Notes under the pieces: model-generated
The model's input: the letters and a program-made list of their open reading frames with translations, nothing else
The model's database searches: none
Told to the model about the DNA's origin: nothing
Program-made: the position numbers and the translations under genes
Source: Octopus vulgaris
Taxonomy: Eukaryota
Assembly: GCA_951406725.2 (NCBI GenBank)
Contig: OX597814.1
Location: forward strand, 20,212,001-20,276,000
Reading direction: 5' to 3'
DNA: 64,000 nt
In this document: positions 39,266 to 52,149 of the stretch, in pieces
Numbering within the stretch: the stretch's first letter is position 1
Layout: the number at the start of each line of letters is the position of its first letter

Positions 39266-41832
39266 GTATGTATATAGAATGGGCTTTGTACAGTTCTGTC
39301 TCCCAAATTCATTCACAAGGCATTAGTCAGCCTAGTACTGTGGTAAAAGACACCTTTCCAAGCTGTCATACTGTGTGACTGAACTCAAAATCATGTCTGC
39401 AAAGTTAACTTTTTAACCACACAGTCATATTGAAAATAAGATTTCAGTTTTAAAATCTGAATTGCTTTTAAGTAGTTTCTTGAAATCTGTTTGTGAATTA
39501 TGTTTGTTTCCATTTTTTTATGTTCCAACATTGTGCTCATAAATCTAACCATCATTGTGCAATCTATTGGCACAGTCCATATTTAACCTCTTACATACAA
39601 TTTGTGTAGTTAACATTTTGTGCCTTATTTTATATTTATAAGAAATATATAGTGAATAAATAAACAGTTACTGTATGTAATTCCTTAGTAAGATGGTGCA
39701 ATCTCAGACATGAATATTGTGTTCTTCCTCCAAGCTGGGCACATTAGCATTGTATCTACCAGTTTACATGAGAAAATTACTGCTGTTTCTTCTTTAAAGA
39801 ATAGTTTCAGGGAAAACATTTAGATGTAAAAACATTTGTCCTATTTTATGAAAATATGCATGTTTAGAACCATTGAGAATTTGTGTCGTTTTTATGAGAG
39901 ACAGTATTTAATATGCATTAATTCATATAAATATTTTCATGATTTCAATAGATTTGAACTGAATCCATTTTACGTCCATCAATACTTGATACTCAGTCAA
40001 ACAGCTGCTTCCTTAGCTGTACAGCATGTTTAGTTGTATTCTTCTACACTATTATTTTACCTCTTTCAGTCATTGCACTGCCTTCAAGGGTTCATTTGAT
40101 CAAATCAACCCCAGTATTTTAAAGTCTACTGCTTATTCTATCAGTCTCTTTTTGCTGATACACTAAGTTATGTGGACATGAACAAATCAATACTGATTGT
40201 AAAGTACTGAGACAAACTCAAAGACCCGCACATCTATGCGCACACATATTTGTGTATACTTACACATACAAACACAGAATGGGTTTCCATCCATTTTCCT
40301 TCTACCAAATTCACTTTCGAGGTATTATTTGGTGGAAGGTACTTGTTCAAGGTGTCATGCAGTGGGACCAAATCTGAAACCATCTGGTCGCAAAATGAAC
40401 TTCTTAACCATACAACCATGCCTATTCTCTTGATATTTTTCAGCAGATATTTTTAAAGATATACAAATGCAGAAGACTGTGCAATTAACTTTTAATACTA
40501 TGTATTTTTTATTATTTTTCTTATAATTTTGGAGAAATCTTTTAATTTCTACTGCTTAGACTATTGTAAATTTTAAAGCAGTGTTCCTCTTACAATTTGC
40601 CATTACATCTAGTTACCAAAGCTCTTATATTCATTCATTGCCTCCATTTCTTTGAAAGTCTATCTTCTGCTTTCTCTTAAGCCTGCATGGGTCTAACTGA
40701 TTTGTAAAGCTGGACTTCGCATTTGTTCTTATGAGCAAATGCTTTATAGCTAGAATCTCTTAACATCGAACCCCTTTAACAATTATCTACTGGTACCTAT
40801 CTTCCACAAGAAAAGAAATAATTAAAAGCAATATGTAGTTTTTACATTTTCCCAATGTATGTATGCATAGAAAAATTATTCTATTGTTTTACAGTTACAA
40901 CCACTCTTTATATATATAGTGAATTGAATATTTATTCCTTGCATATGAGTTTAATTTTAAAACCTTATTTTAAATGGTCACAATTTAAGATTTGATCTCT
41001 CTACATAGATAGTAAATGTGGACATTGTACATATAGCATATTAACAAAAAGTATTTGCTCTTTACTCTTCCTTGTCTATAACATATATTGTCCAGCCCAT
41101 AACAATGGAAAAGTAGACATATGAGTTCTTATCCAGTGTCCACACACACATTGTTTTGAATTATGTAAACTTTGCTCAAGATACTGAAAAGTTTTTAAAC
41201 TCCCGCTAAACACTAATGGATGTGACGACCTTCAACCCAAAACAGTAATGGCAGCCTAAAACTATTTTGTTAAATAGCTTTACAATATCGACCCTTTTGC
41301 TATAAAAATATGGGCTGGGAATATTTGCAAATTATCTGGTAATTTTTTTTTCCAATTTTCAAAATATCGGTGTTCAGTATGAAAAATGTCACCCTTGCAA
41401 TCTTATACTATTACTTCCATCCATTTTTATTTTTATTCCATTTGCAAAATTATACATTCCATTCCTCTTCTCTTCCATACCTTCTGTCTTTCACTGAAAA
41501 CTGCTTCTACAAATCTTCTGAAAAAACTCTGAAAGGAGCAAGTTTATCTTAATTAAAATGTGGCTGAAATTGATTTGTTGGTTTCAGTTTATATGATCAC
41601 TCGAACATCCTTGCTCTGAAATAACTTATGGTATAAAAAAAAATAAAATAAAATGAATGATTAAACTATATTCAAAATTATAAACAAAATAATACAAGGT
41701 TCCCAGTGATTTTTAGTATTAATAATACATGCCTCATACATTTTCATGTCTATATTTTCATTTATTAAGTTATCTTAATGTTTGAAATTACAAATATACA
41801 CTTCTATAGGTTTATACATATACATACATATC

Positions 41833-41885
<53 letters not shown>

Positions 41886-43589
41886 CTGAATACCTTTTAT
41901 CCATTCAAAATTAGGATGCATAGTTTATGGCATTGATTGAAATCATATTGTCTGTAGTCTTGTACTTCAACAAACATGTTTCTCTTTGTACATAGAATAC
42001 ATTCAAACCTATTCTTAATGAAGCTTATTTATTTTCCATAAAGTAACCATTCTCTCTGCACACTTCAAACTCTGAATCATCTCATTATATCTTGTCAGAA
42101 ACTAGATATCATTCCATACTTGGTAGAATTACAAGTTTGTAATTTTTTAGAAATAATTTTGATATTGACAGAATCCAGTCAGTATAATGGTTTATTACAA
42201 ATCCATAATTTTTTTAAAATGTTTAACTTTAACATTTGCATTTTTAATGTAGAATGAATATTGCCTATTATCAACAAAATGCAATGGAAAACTATTCCCT
42301 CCACAATCATAAATAAATTCTTTCAAGAAAGAATGAAAAAAAAAAAGTTATAACTGATTCTTAGTCTTTTCACTGAATAATATATTTTTGTCTAAGAATT
42401 TAAATTGTAATATTTCTTCATTGTACAACTCATCAATCAATAGTCAAAAAAAAAAAACCCACATAGTTTATCTACTTTCAATGACTTTTATTTTTGGAGC
42501 TTATGTTAACATTTACTTGGATAGTTGTTTTTTCATTCTCCCCTCCTAATTTTCAATCTGCATAATTTCTCTTTAATGCTAAATTGTAGTTGCTCATTGT
42601 TTCACCCATTCTATTTATGCTCTAAACATTTTTAAAAATTAATTTTAACAATGTAAAATTATGTCAAACTAACTAAATCTTACTGGATTTATATGAATAT
42701 CTATATGAGTGTATTAGTTTAGTATTAGTTCTGTGTTAAAGTTGTTGTCCAAATAATTTGACTGTTTGCATCTAGTCCCTGCTAGTTATGTCAACAAAAA
42801 TGGCCATCAAGATAGGCAGCTTGCTGGCAGAAAACTCAAACTGTTTTGATAAGAGCTACAGTAATACCTGCTCAATTTGCATGTCTTTGTTTTGTGGAGG
42901 TAATTTTGGTTCAAAAGATACAATTAAACATTAATAATAATAAAATTATGAAATTCTGCCCAGCATGACTAGATGTAAATTGAGAAGAATCTGGAATGAA
43001 CTAGTAGAGTCTGCTGTATTTTCATGTTTTGACATCCAGTGTAGCATAGTCATTTGTATATCTTCATCTCACAGTTGGTCTGAAAACAAAATGATTATAT
43101 TTTCAACTCCACTAAATTATTACAAAAAACAATTTTATTACTTGTCATTAATTGTAATTGTCATTATAACAGTAATTTATGTCATGTTCTGTATTTTTTG
43201 TTGTTTTTTTTTCTTAATAAGAATGTTTATATTTGTCAAATTTCCCAATTTGTTCATGTCATATGTAAACAGATTTATCTTGGTGAAGATACATAACGAT
43301 TTTTTTCCTTTTCACTTCTCCCTATGAAGAGATTATATAAAGTTATAATAAATAACCAACATTTCCATATCAAATGTTCATTTTTTCCTTCTTTGTTTCA
43401 ATGTAAAATATGCTGTTTTTTCTTCAATTTAAGCTGTAAATTTTAAGACTGCTAGATCCATCCAGACAACTTATAATTTAATTTCTCTGGGGAAGAAGAG
43501 TAGCTTGATTATATATTCACACACACGTGTATATCCCCTTTTGCATATTTGTGAACTCCCTACTCATGTACCATGAGCAGTCCTCTACA

Positions 43590-44680
43590 TCATCATCATC
43601 ATCATCATTTAATGTTTGTTGTCCATACTGGCAAGTAGGAAGGCTGCACCAGACTCCAGTCTGATTTTACATAGTGTCTATAGCTGGATGCCCTTTCTAA
43701 CACCAACCACTCCAAGAGTGTAATGCATGCTTTTAAGTGCTACTGGAATGGTTGTGCCAATAGCATTTACATGACACCGGTATCCGCCACAACTTGATGG
43801 GTCCTCTTCTCAAGCATGACATAATGCCAAAGGTCTCGGTCATTGCCTCCATAAGACTGAACACTTGAAGGGAGCTTAACCACTTTGCCTCCATGAGGCC
43901 CAATGCTCAAATGGTGCCTTTTATGTGCCACTGGCACGGATGCTAATAGTGTGATACCAGCATCAGCTACAACTATGATCTTACTTGACGGGTCCTCTCA
44001 TGCATAGCACATTGCCAATAGTCTTAGGTCACTAGTCATTGCCTCCTTGAGGCCCAAAGTTCGAAGATCATGCTTCACCACCTTGTCCCATGTCTTCCTG
44101 GGTCTATCTCTACCACATGTTCCCTCCACAATTAGAGATCGGTACTTCTTTACACAGCTGTCCTCGTCCATATGCTTCCTATGACTATACCAGAGAGAGA
44201 GGCCCTTTGTTGCCAGCAGAGGTAGGAGCTCTCTGGACTTTGTCCAGCCTAATCTTATTCTAACAGCTACGTTCTCAGTGCATCTATCTCCACTACTAAC
44301 TTGGTCATCTAGGTAACAGAAGCTATCTACTACCTCTAGCTTAACCCACTGGTAGTTGATGGAATCTATTTCTGTGTATTTTCAGTGTTTATTGTACCTG
44401 TGCATCTTCTGTACACAAAAGCTATTTTCCCTGTTAACCTTCCTCTAATATTGCGGCACTTTTTATGTGTCCAAAGCTTACACCGGGTGCATTTTATAGA
44501 GTTTCTACCTACACCTTTTCTACAGATCGAGCAGGGCCATTTACCTGAAGGAATTTGGGATTTGTCTGCCTTCCTACTTACTAAGGCTTTGGTTTTTGCT
44601 AGGTTAACTCTAAGGCCCTTCGATCCTAGACCTTGCTTCCATATCTGGAACTTCTCTTGTTCTGGTAGTGAATTAGAGAA
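43590..44680 (-). mobile_element. RTE-clade LINE 3' portion
   Basis: WKQGLGSKGLRVNLAKTK..WPCSICRKGVGRNSIKCTRCKLWTHKKC, same family as 6776-9250; (CAT)n tail at 43590. Confidence 0.85.
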
Positions 44681-46797
44681 GTTCCAATACCATTCCATTT
44701 ATATTCACATCTTTGTATCTTGCACATTGCCACCATCTCTCTCACTCTCTCTCTCTCCCACTTACTGGGATAACTATCTATCTCCTCTCTAACAAGACAC
44801 CTGTTTCTGTCCCTCTATCATAGTTTAACCTCTGTAGTAAAACAACTATCCCTGTTGATCCAATCAACTGTCTGGTGATGGACAGTTGCTGAATGGCAAT
44901 GCACATATGGAGACCTGTGGGCAGAGCAAAATGAAGTGGAGGAAAGCTACATTATGAGTGTTAATTTCCCATGCCTGAGATCTTTTCTATCTCATTACAG
45001 CTTTAACTTCTATGAGCTGGGCAAAAAAAAAAACCCCTCCCTAAGAAAAGAAAAAGCACCTTCAGTAATTTCCAGTCTGTGCATCTCTGCTACACACTAA
45101 ATTGAAGCAAAAATATAATTATAGAGCAGCGTCTTCTCATATCTGCCACCAAGTTCCACTTACTATAACTACCCTTGTGTACCCCTACATCTCCCTCATC
45201 ACCCCTCCTACACTTTGCCTATTATCACCCTACCTTCTGATCTATCTTTCCTGAGCCACTTCTATCTCTCTCACCTTACATCTCTCCATACTGATATTTC
45301 CCATCAACTGCACCTCCACTCTTGTTCATCATTTTCTACATTCACCTCTACTCCCAATTCTAGCCATTTGTTACTCTCCCCTCACACTCTTATGAATACC
45401 CACTCCCTCCTCTCCCCTAATCCAATGTCCCTATCCTCTCTTCTACTCACCTTCTTGCACCTTGGAGTTACCTCAATAGCACTCTATTACTACCATCTTT
45501 ATGTCATTTCCAACCATTCCCACCCACTCCTATATAATGTTATAATGTTCAGTAGCCATCAATTTTCTCTATAGTAAAAACACCTGTGCTTGTCTCACTC
45601 TGATAGTAAGACAAGCACTTTCACTACCTGGTATAAAGTTACCTCCCCATTCAAATACTCCTCACTACTTAGTAGTGAGAGCTTTTCCTTTTCCAATCCT
45701 TTATTTTTATTTTTATTTTATTTATTTTTTTTTGTCTTTCAAATTACTTGGCAGTCTCACTTGTGCTGCTGGCACACACACAAAAACACTTAGTTCACAC
45801 TGTAAAATGGTTGACATTAAGAAGGGCATCCAGCTGTAGAAAAACAATGTAAAAGTTGACTCTAGAGCTTGGCATTGTCCACTGGATCCCGTCAAATTGT
45901 CCAACACATGCCAGCATGGAAAACAGATGTTAAATGATTTTGATAACATACCCAGCTTAGTGTAGTTTGCAATAATTATAATGAAAAAGCACTTGGTTTA
46001 ATTATTCTGAGGAGGGTGGGGATTTCCTGAGCAGGAGGATCAAAAGTATAGGGAAGTTTAATGATGCTAGTGTGATTAATACAAAGTTAAAAAAGTTCAA
46101 GATTAGTATTTGATGAAAGGGAAGAAGGTTCTCCTCTGAGCTGTTACTTGGATTGAAACTTTTAACTATTGATAAAATACAGATAGCACAGATTTGGGAT
46201 AATATACAAATAAATCCCAGAAGAAATTAATTTTAATACAAATCAGTAAAAATTAACATTGTTAAAAAAGATAGGAATCCAAAAGACCATTGAATAATGA
46301 GAGTTTATTATAGAGAAGGTTGCTTTTATGTAGGTGTGATTTTCACACTGGTTGTTGTTTGACCCATATTGCTCATGATTAGTTAGAATTAGGTACTTTA
46401 ACTGTGATCATCCCATTGTTCTCACTAGGCAAGACTTTGAAGATTCTGCCATGCCATGTGTTCTTTCTTTTTTATGATGCATGATATGATTTCAGGAAGA
46501 TTTGGTTGCTTTTTCTAGCAGGTCAGAAAGCTACACAGGCTTTTTTATGGTATTTCTAATATGATGTTTAGTTACCTCCATTAATTATTTGTTTTTTTAA
46601 TGAATAAGGCATCCTTAAATAAAGCACCAAGTCAACTGGAAAAAGAAACCTAGTTAAATAACATAGTCGACTAATTCAGTCTTTGAAGTTAAACAGTGCA
46701 TGTAGGAATAAATATATATATGTATATATATATATTCATTGAGTTAGTTCCAGAATTATTTTTGCTTTAAGCCTATCTACATTCAACTTGCTACAAT

Positions 46798-47062
46798 ATG
46801 CTGAAACGAATTGCAGTATGTGTGTGTAGCTCATTGTTAGTTATAAGCGTTGTTGTTCTAATTCGCACTTTTACCTTCAATATAAAAAATGACACTATCA
46901 GTCCCTGTCAGCAAACAGAGAAACATTTGAAGATTGATGTTGAAACAAATTCACAAAAAATAGACATTTTTCGCCAAGCCTTAAGATTTAAGACCATTTC
47001 TTGGAGTCCTGGTGTTTATGAAACTGAAGAACTGACTAAGTTCCGTCTTTTCATCGAGCAAA
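46798..47062 (+). CDS. PM20D1: PM20D1-like M20 family peptidase / N-acyl amino acid synthase-hydrolase, first coding exon
   Basis: Hydrophobic signal/anchor ending VVLIRTF, then FRQALRFKTISWS..EELTKFRLFIEQ matching the PM20D1/CPS1 N-terminal pattern (L..AI.IPTVS..L..F..YI..); strong donor A|gtatgt at 47063. Catalytic exons not found in the window. Confidence 0.72.
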
Positions 47063-47511
47063 GTATGTACAATCTTTTTTATATTGTCTATGTCTCTAAC
47101 TTCTTGTATTATGCGTGACTAACATTTTATATTTGGTGTATTTTTAGTATTTATCACATTAATCAAAGTAATATTGTAGTGGTCAAGTTTACTTGTTTTT
47201 CATGCCAAAAGTATCCCTGGTTTATTCATAATTCTTTTAGTACTGGTTTCAAATTTTGGTACAAGATCAGCAAGTATGGGGGAGAGGGTAAGTTGATTAC
47301 ATCGACCCCTGTGCTTGACCCCAAAATGATGAAAGGCAAAGTCAACCTTGGCAGAATTTGAACTCGGAACATAAAGACAGACGAAATGCCACTAAGCATT
47401 TGCCTAGCATGCTAACGATTCTGCTATCTTACCACCTTTGATAATTCTTATAATATTGCTGCAGGTTATTTCATCTAACAAACTATAATCATACGCATTC
47501 AGTGTATTTCT

Positions 47512-47806
47512 TGCATGTCCAAGTGTTATTTCATTTTTATTGCATGTCCAAGTGTTATTTCATTTTTATTGCATGTCCAAGTGTTATTTCATTTTTATTG
47601 CATGTCCAAGTGTTATTTCATTTTTATTGCATGTCCAAGTGTTATTTCATTTTTATTGCATGTCCAAGTGTTATTTCATTTTTATTGCATGTCCAAGTGT
47701 TATTTCATTTTTATTGCATGTCCAAGTGTTATTTCATTTTTATTGCATGTCCAAGTGTTATTTCATTTTTATTGCATGTCCAAGTGTTATTTCATTTTTA
47801 TTGCAT
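47512..47806. repeat. Perfect minisatellite, 10 x 29 bp (tgcatgtccaagtgttatttcatttttat)
   Basis: Ten identical contiguous units plus tgcat; no spacers. Confidence 0.97.
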
Positions 47807-47889
47807 ATATGGTCAATGTGTAAGTTCTGTTGTATTTAATATGAATGGATGGGTGTAGATTTTGAGCATAACCACTTTATCATTACACA

Positions 47890-48800
47890 CACTAATATGT
47901 TTGATAGCATTTCTACTGTGGACCCTTAGATGACTACGTAGCTCTGATTTTGTTTTAAATTTTCTGTGACAAATGCAGCAAAATTTGGTCAAGAATTGCA
48001 CCAACATCAGGTCTATCTTTGTTCTTTCATCTAAATTGGATTTTCAACCCAGTAGTGGATGAGCACAGCTTTAAGCAATAGTAGTGCTCCATTGGGGTCA
48101 CTGGAGCTGTAGCACCGTAAGCAACCTGTGTTTGTCTCCTGATATGTAACTATTCATGGATAACAAGCTTGACTTTTCAAAGTGTAATACAATCACAGAC
48201 TGCTAGTGAGATTATCTCTGGACTCTCTATCATGGAGAGTTTCAACATCCTGTAGGTTTTGGGTAGTATGTTTCACCATTTAACAGACAATTTAAATTTT
48301 CTTAAGCTGCAGGCTATTGTTCCCTGTAATAGACCATCATTTGTTTCTTTCCAGTGTGAGATGTTTCCAATGAGCAGTTCTAATATTTAAGGACTTAAGG
48401 CTGTTTGTGGTATCACAAAATCTCTCTTCTTGATTTGTGTTGGGAACACGTTCTGAGAACTAATTCTCCATAAAGGAATTACCTAGGAAGTTTGAAATTG
48501 TAAAAATGGATGACATAAGTAAACCATCACATGTGCAAAAGTTTTCTAATTGATGTTTGATATATATGCCTTAGATACTTTTGGTCACTTCTTTTGAGCA
48601 TTCTGAAGTGTCAATACAAGATCTGTGTCTCAAATGACTATAGCAGGAATATAAAGACACAAGTATCATGAATACAAAGTGTGGTTGACAGATTCAAGTC
48701 CCTGTCAGACCACACTTGTTTCTTCAGTATCCCAAATGCAGTGGAAGCCATCTTGATTCTCATTTTAGTTTCAGAATCTAGGAATTCATCCCCAAAGACA
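47890..48800 (-). mobile_element. Old RTE/BovB-like LINE C-terminus with terminal C2H2 finger
   Basis: RIKMASTAFGILKKQVWSDRDL and CCICHRKFKTKSELRSHLRVH on the same strand in the expected order. Confidence 0.65.
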
Positions 48801-49069
48801 GAGTTAACAAGATGCAAAAAAGAATTCATCATATCAAGTCTGACCCTTTCATCATTATCATTTAACGTCCGCCTTCCACGCTAGCATCGGTAGGATGGCT
48901 TCACAAGAGGCGGCCAAGTAGAAGCCTGCACCAGACTTCTGTGACTGTTTTGGCAGGATTTTTACAGCTAGATGCCCTTCCCAACACCAACCACTCAGAA
49001 GAGTGGACTTTGGTGAAATATATTTGGTTCCACATATATACTTTTATATATAAATCCTACTGAAGACAA

Positions 49070-49995
49070 CTTTGCTTTCATTCTTTTGGGGGTTAATAAA
49101 ATAAAGTATCAGTGAAGTACTGGGTTTGATATAATAGACTTGCCCCTTCCCTCAAAATTTCTGACTTTGTGCCAAAATTATTATTAATATTATTATTATT
49201 ATTATCAAGGGGGCGAGCTGGCAGAATCGTTAGCATGTCGGGCAAAATGCTTAGCAGTATTTCGTCTGCTGCTGCGTTCTGAGTTCAAATTCTGTTGAGG
49301 TCAACTTTGCCTTTCATCCTTTCAGGGTCAATAAATTAAGTACCAGTTGAGTACTGGAGTCAATGTGATTAACTGTCTCCCTCCCCACAAAATCCAGGCC
49401 TTGTGCCTATAGTAGAAAAGATCATTATTATTATTATTATTATTATTATTAAGCTTGCAGTATCATTAGCATGCCAGGTAAAATGCTTAATGGTGTTTCA
49501 TCTGCCACTACATTCTGAGTACAAATTCCTTTGAGGTCAACTTTGCCTTTCATCCTTTCAGGATCGACTTTACCTTTCATCCTTTTGGGGTTGATTAAAT
49601 AACTACCAGTTACGTACTGGGGTGGATGTAATCGACTTAATCCCTTCCCCTAAATTTCAGGCCTTGTGCTTCCAATAGAAAGATTATTATTATTAAAGTG
49701 ACATGTTGGCAGAATTGTTAGCATGAGAGCCACTGCCTGGTACTGCATCAAGGCATTTATTATTATTATTATGGTGATGGGCTGGCAGAATTGTTAGCAC
49801 GCCAGGCGAAATGCCTAGCAGTATTTCATCTACCACTACTTTCTGAGTTCAAATTCCACCAAGGTCAACTTTGCATTTCATCCTTTCAGGATCGATAAAT
49901 TAAGTACCATTTGCATACTGAGGTCAATCTAATCAACTTGTCCACCCTACCAAAAAAAAAAAAAATTAAGGCCTTGTGCCTATAGTAGAAAGGAT
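49070..49995 (+). mobile_element. Head-to-tail chain of about five SINE copies/fragments separated by (ATT)n
   Basis: Repeated ctggcagaat.gttagca..gagttcaaattc..tttgcctttcatcctttc..ggccttgtgc units. Confidence 0.85.
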
Positions 49996-52149
49996 TATTA
50001 TTATTGAGTGAGAGATCAGAACATGCCATCAAAATGATACAGGTACAAATAGACAAAGCCCAATATACACATTACGACTACCCATCTGATAAGGGTACAC
50101 GAGGTACATGCATCACAACCATATATGCATGACATGATGATACCATATATATAAAAAAAAAAGCATGACCTTGCAGGTGGGGCCCAGTTAGAATTTTCTT
50201 TGAATCATGTAATTCATCCCACTCAAAAGGTTCCACTACTGTTGCTTGTGATCAGAGATGCATATATCATCAATCACAAAGGGACATTCTCAACTGGTTA
50301 GGCTCAAGTAATTGACAAGCAAATCTGTGGTATTGAGCAGAATATTTGCTGTAGCCCAAAATATATACACTTCCAATCATTTAAGATTGCAGCAAAGGAC
50401 GACCTCTCCTGAGATATAAGGATTAAGTTGAAGCAATCACTAAAATCTTTACAGCTTAACATGACATCTTGAGAAAGTAATTGCCTACACTTGTCTGTAT
50501 GGTGTAAAAGGTGTCACAAGGAGTTGAAGAAAAAGAATAGAAGAATTATATCCCGCAACCATCACACTTGCCCAATCCCAGGCAAAATCAAAATCATCAA
50601 TGTCCCATTATGACTTTAGAGGAAAATCAATGCCTGGACTGAAGTTACATTCACACATCCATCACAAATAGATGCAACTCCTTAGTGGGTTTTTTTCTCT
50701 CTCTTTAACTTTATGTCCTCTCCTTCAAACACACATACGTTGAAACCAACAGGTGTGACCATCATCATCATCATTATTTATATTATATAATAGCCTCATA
50801 ACAGCTAATTTATATTACTAAACAGTTTAATGCTGATATCCTTCCAGAAGTGGAGAGTTAAATTAGCAATCAAACCTTTCTTAATTGGAAAGTATCCCAC
50901 TCTGTGTTTTTTTTTTTTGTCTGGTTTATGAAAATTTATTGGACAACACTATATAGTTACATTATTTACAGATTTAATTGAATGATTGTGTGTGTGTGTA
51001 AAACTATACATATATGTGTGTGCTCACACACATATCAGAATCAGTCAATTCTATCTGTAAATTATATTAATCAGAGCATGTTAAAAACCTGTGGAGCAGA
51101 AAAGAAAAGTATAATTGTTTATTAAGTATATTTATAAATACCCTGCATATAAGTTTTTTGGTATTTCTGACCTGATTTAGTATATTCATTTGCATTAGAA
51201 TCATTTGATTCAATTTGTAAATCTTATTAATCAAGGAACAACAAAGCAAGTAGAAAACCTAAGCAAGAGGGAAAAATGTGAAACACATACCTCTGACAAA
51301 TCAAGCAACCATATTGAAAGAAGCTCCTTTTTTTTGGTTTGGACACAGCATTTGTTGTTGTTTAACCTTTACTGAAAATATCCCATATTGTTAATCTAGG
51401 GCAAAGGTTCTCAAAGTGGGTGGATGTTGAGACAGTGGACGCTGGTGCCTAAGGGGGCAGTTGAGGTGGGGGTAGAGAAAAATGGGGTGTTGGGAGGAAG
51501 GGGAGGATGTTAGTTTCATTCAGTCCATGCAAGTATATAAACTTGTCTGGTTTTCTTTCCTCCACTTAACAGGGCTGGCATTCATCAAATTTTTGCAACT
51601 TTAAAGACACCAGTTGCTATTAAAACAATATGGTGTCACTTATATAAAATTATCAAAATTTAGTTGTGACATTTGCAAACACTCATACATCATCATCATC
51701 ATCGTTTAACGTCCGTTTTCCATGCTAGCACGGGTTGGACGGTTCAACCAGGGTCTGGGAAGCCAGGAGGCTGCACCAGGCTCCAGTCTGATCTGGCAGT
51801 GTTTCTACAGCTGGATGCCCTTCCTAACGCCAACCACTCCGAGAGTGTAGTGGGTGCTTTTACGTGCCAGGTGAGGCTGGCAATGGCCACAATCGGTTGC
51901 TGGACACAGGCCCACTGAGAGGGTGGGGTCTGCTGGGGCGGTGCCTTGACATCCATGAGTTTAAGGTGCCAAAAACAAGAAAGTAAGTGAAATAAGCTTG
52001 TCAACAAATTCCCTAGGGAGATAAAAGAAAAACTAAAGAAATCAAATAAAATGAAACTAAGAAGCATCAACTATCACAACAGTGACAAGAAGCAATGGTG
52101 ATGAAAGGTGTATGCAAATACGTATACATATAAACATACATAAGGAAGT

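Noticed and set aside
47512-47806. CRISPR-like 29-bp repeat array and the three overlapping ORFs across it
   Set aside because: Units are contiguous with no spacers, there are no cas genes and the context is eukaryotic; the ORFs exist only because the unit lacks stops
47813-48007. Stand-alone C2H2 zinc-finger gene
   Set aside because: Single finger at the end of a decayed RTE-type LINE on the same strand
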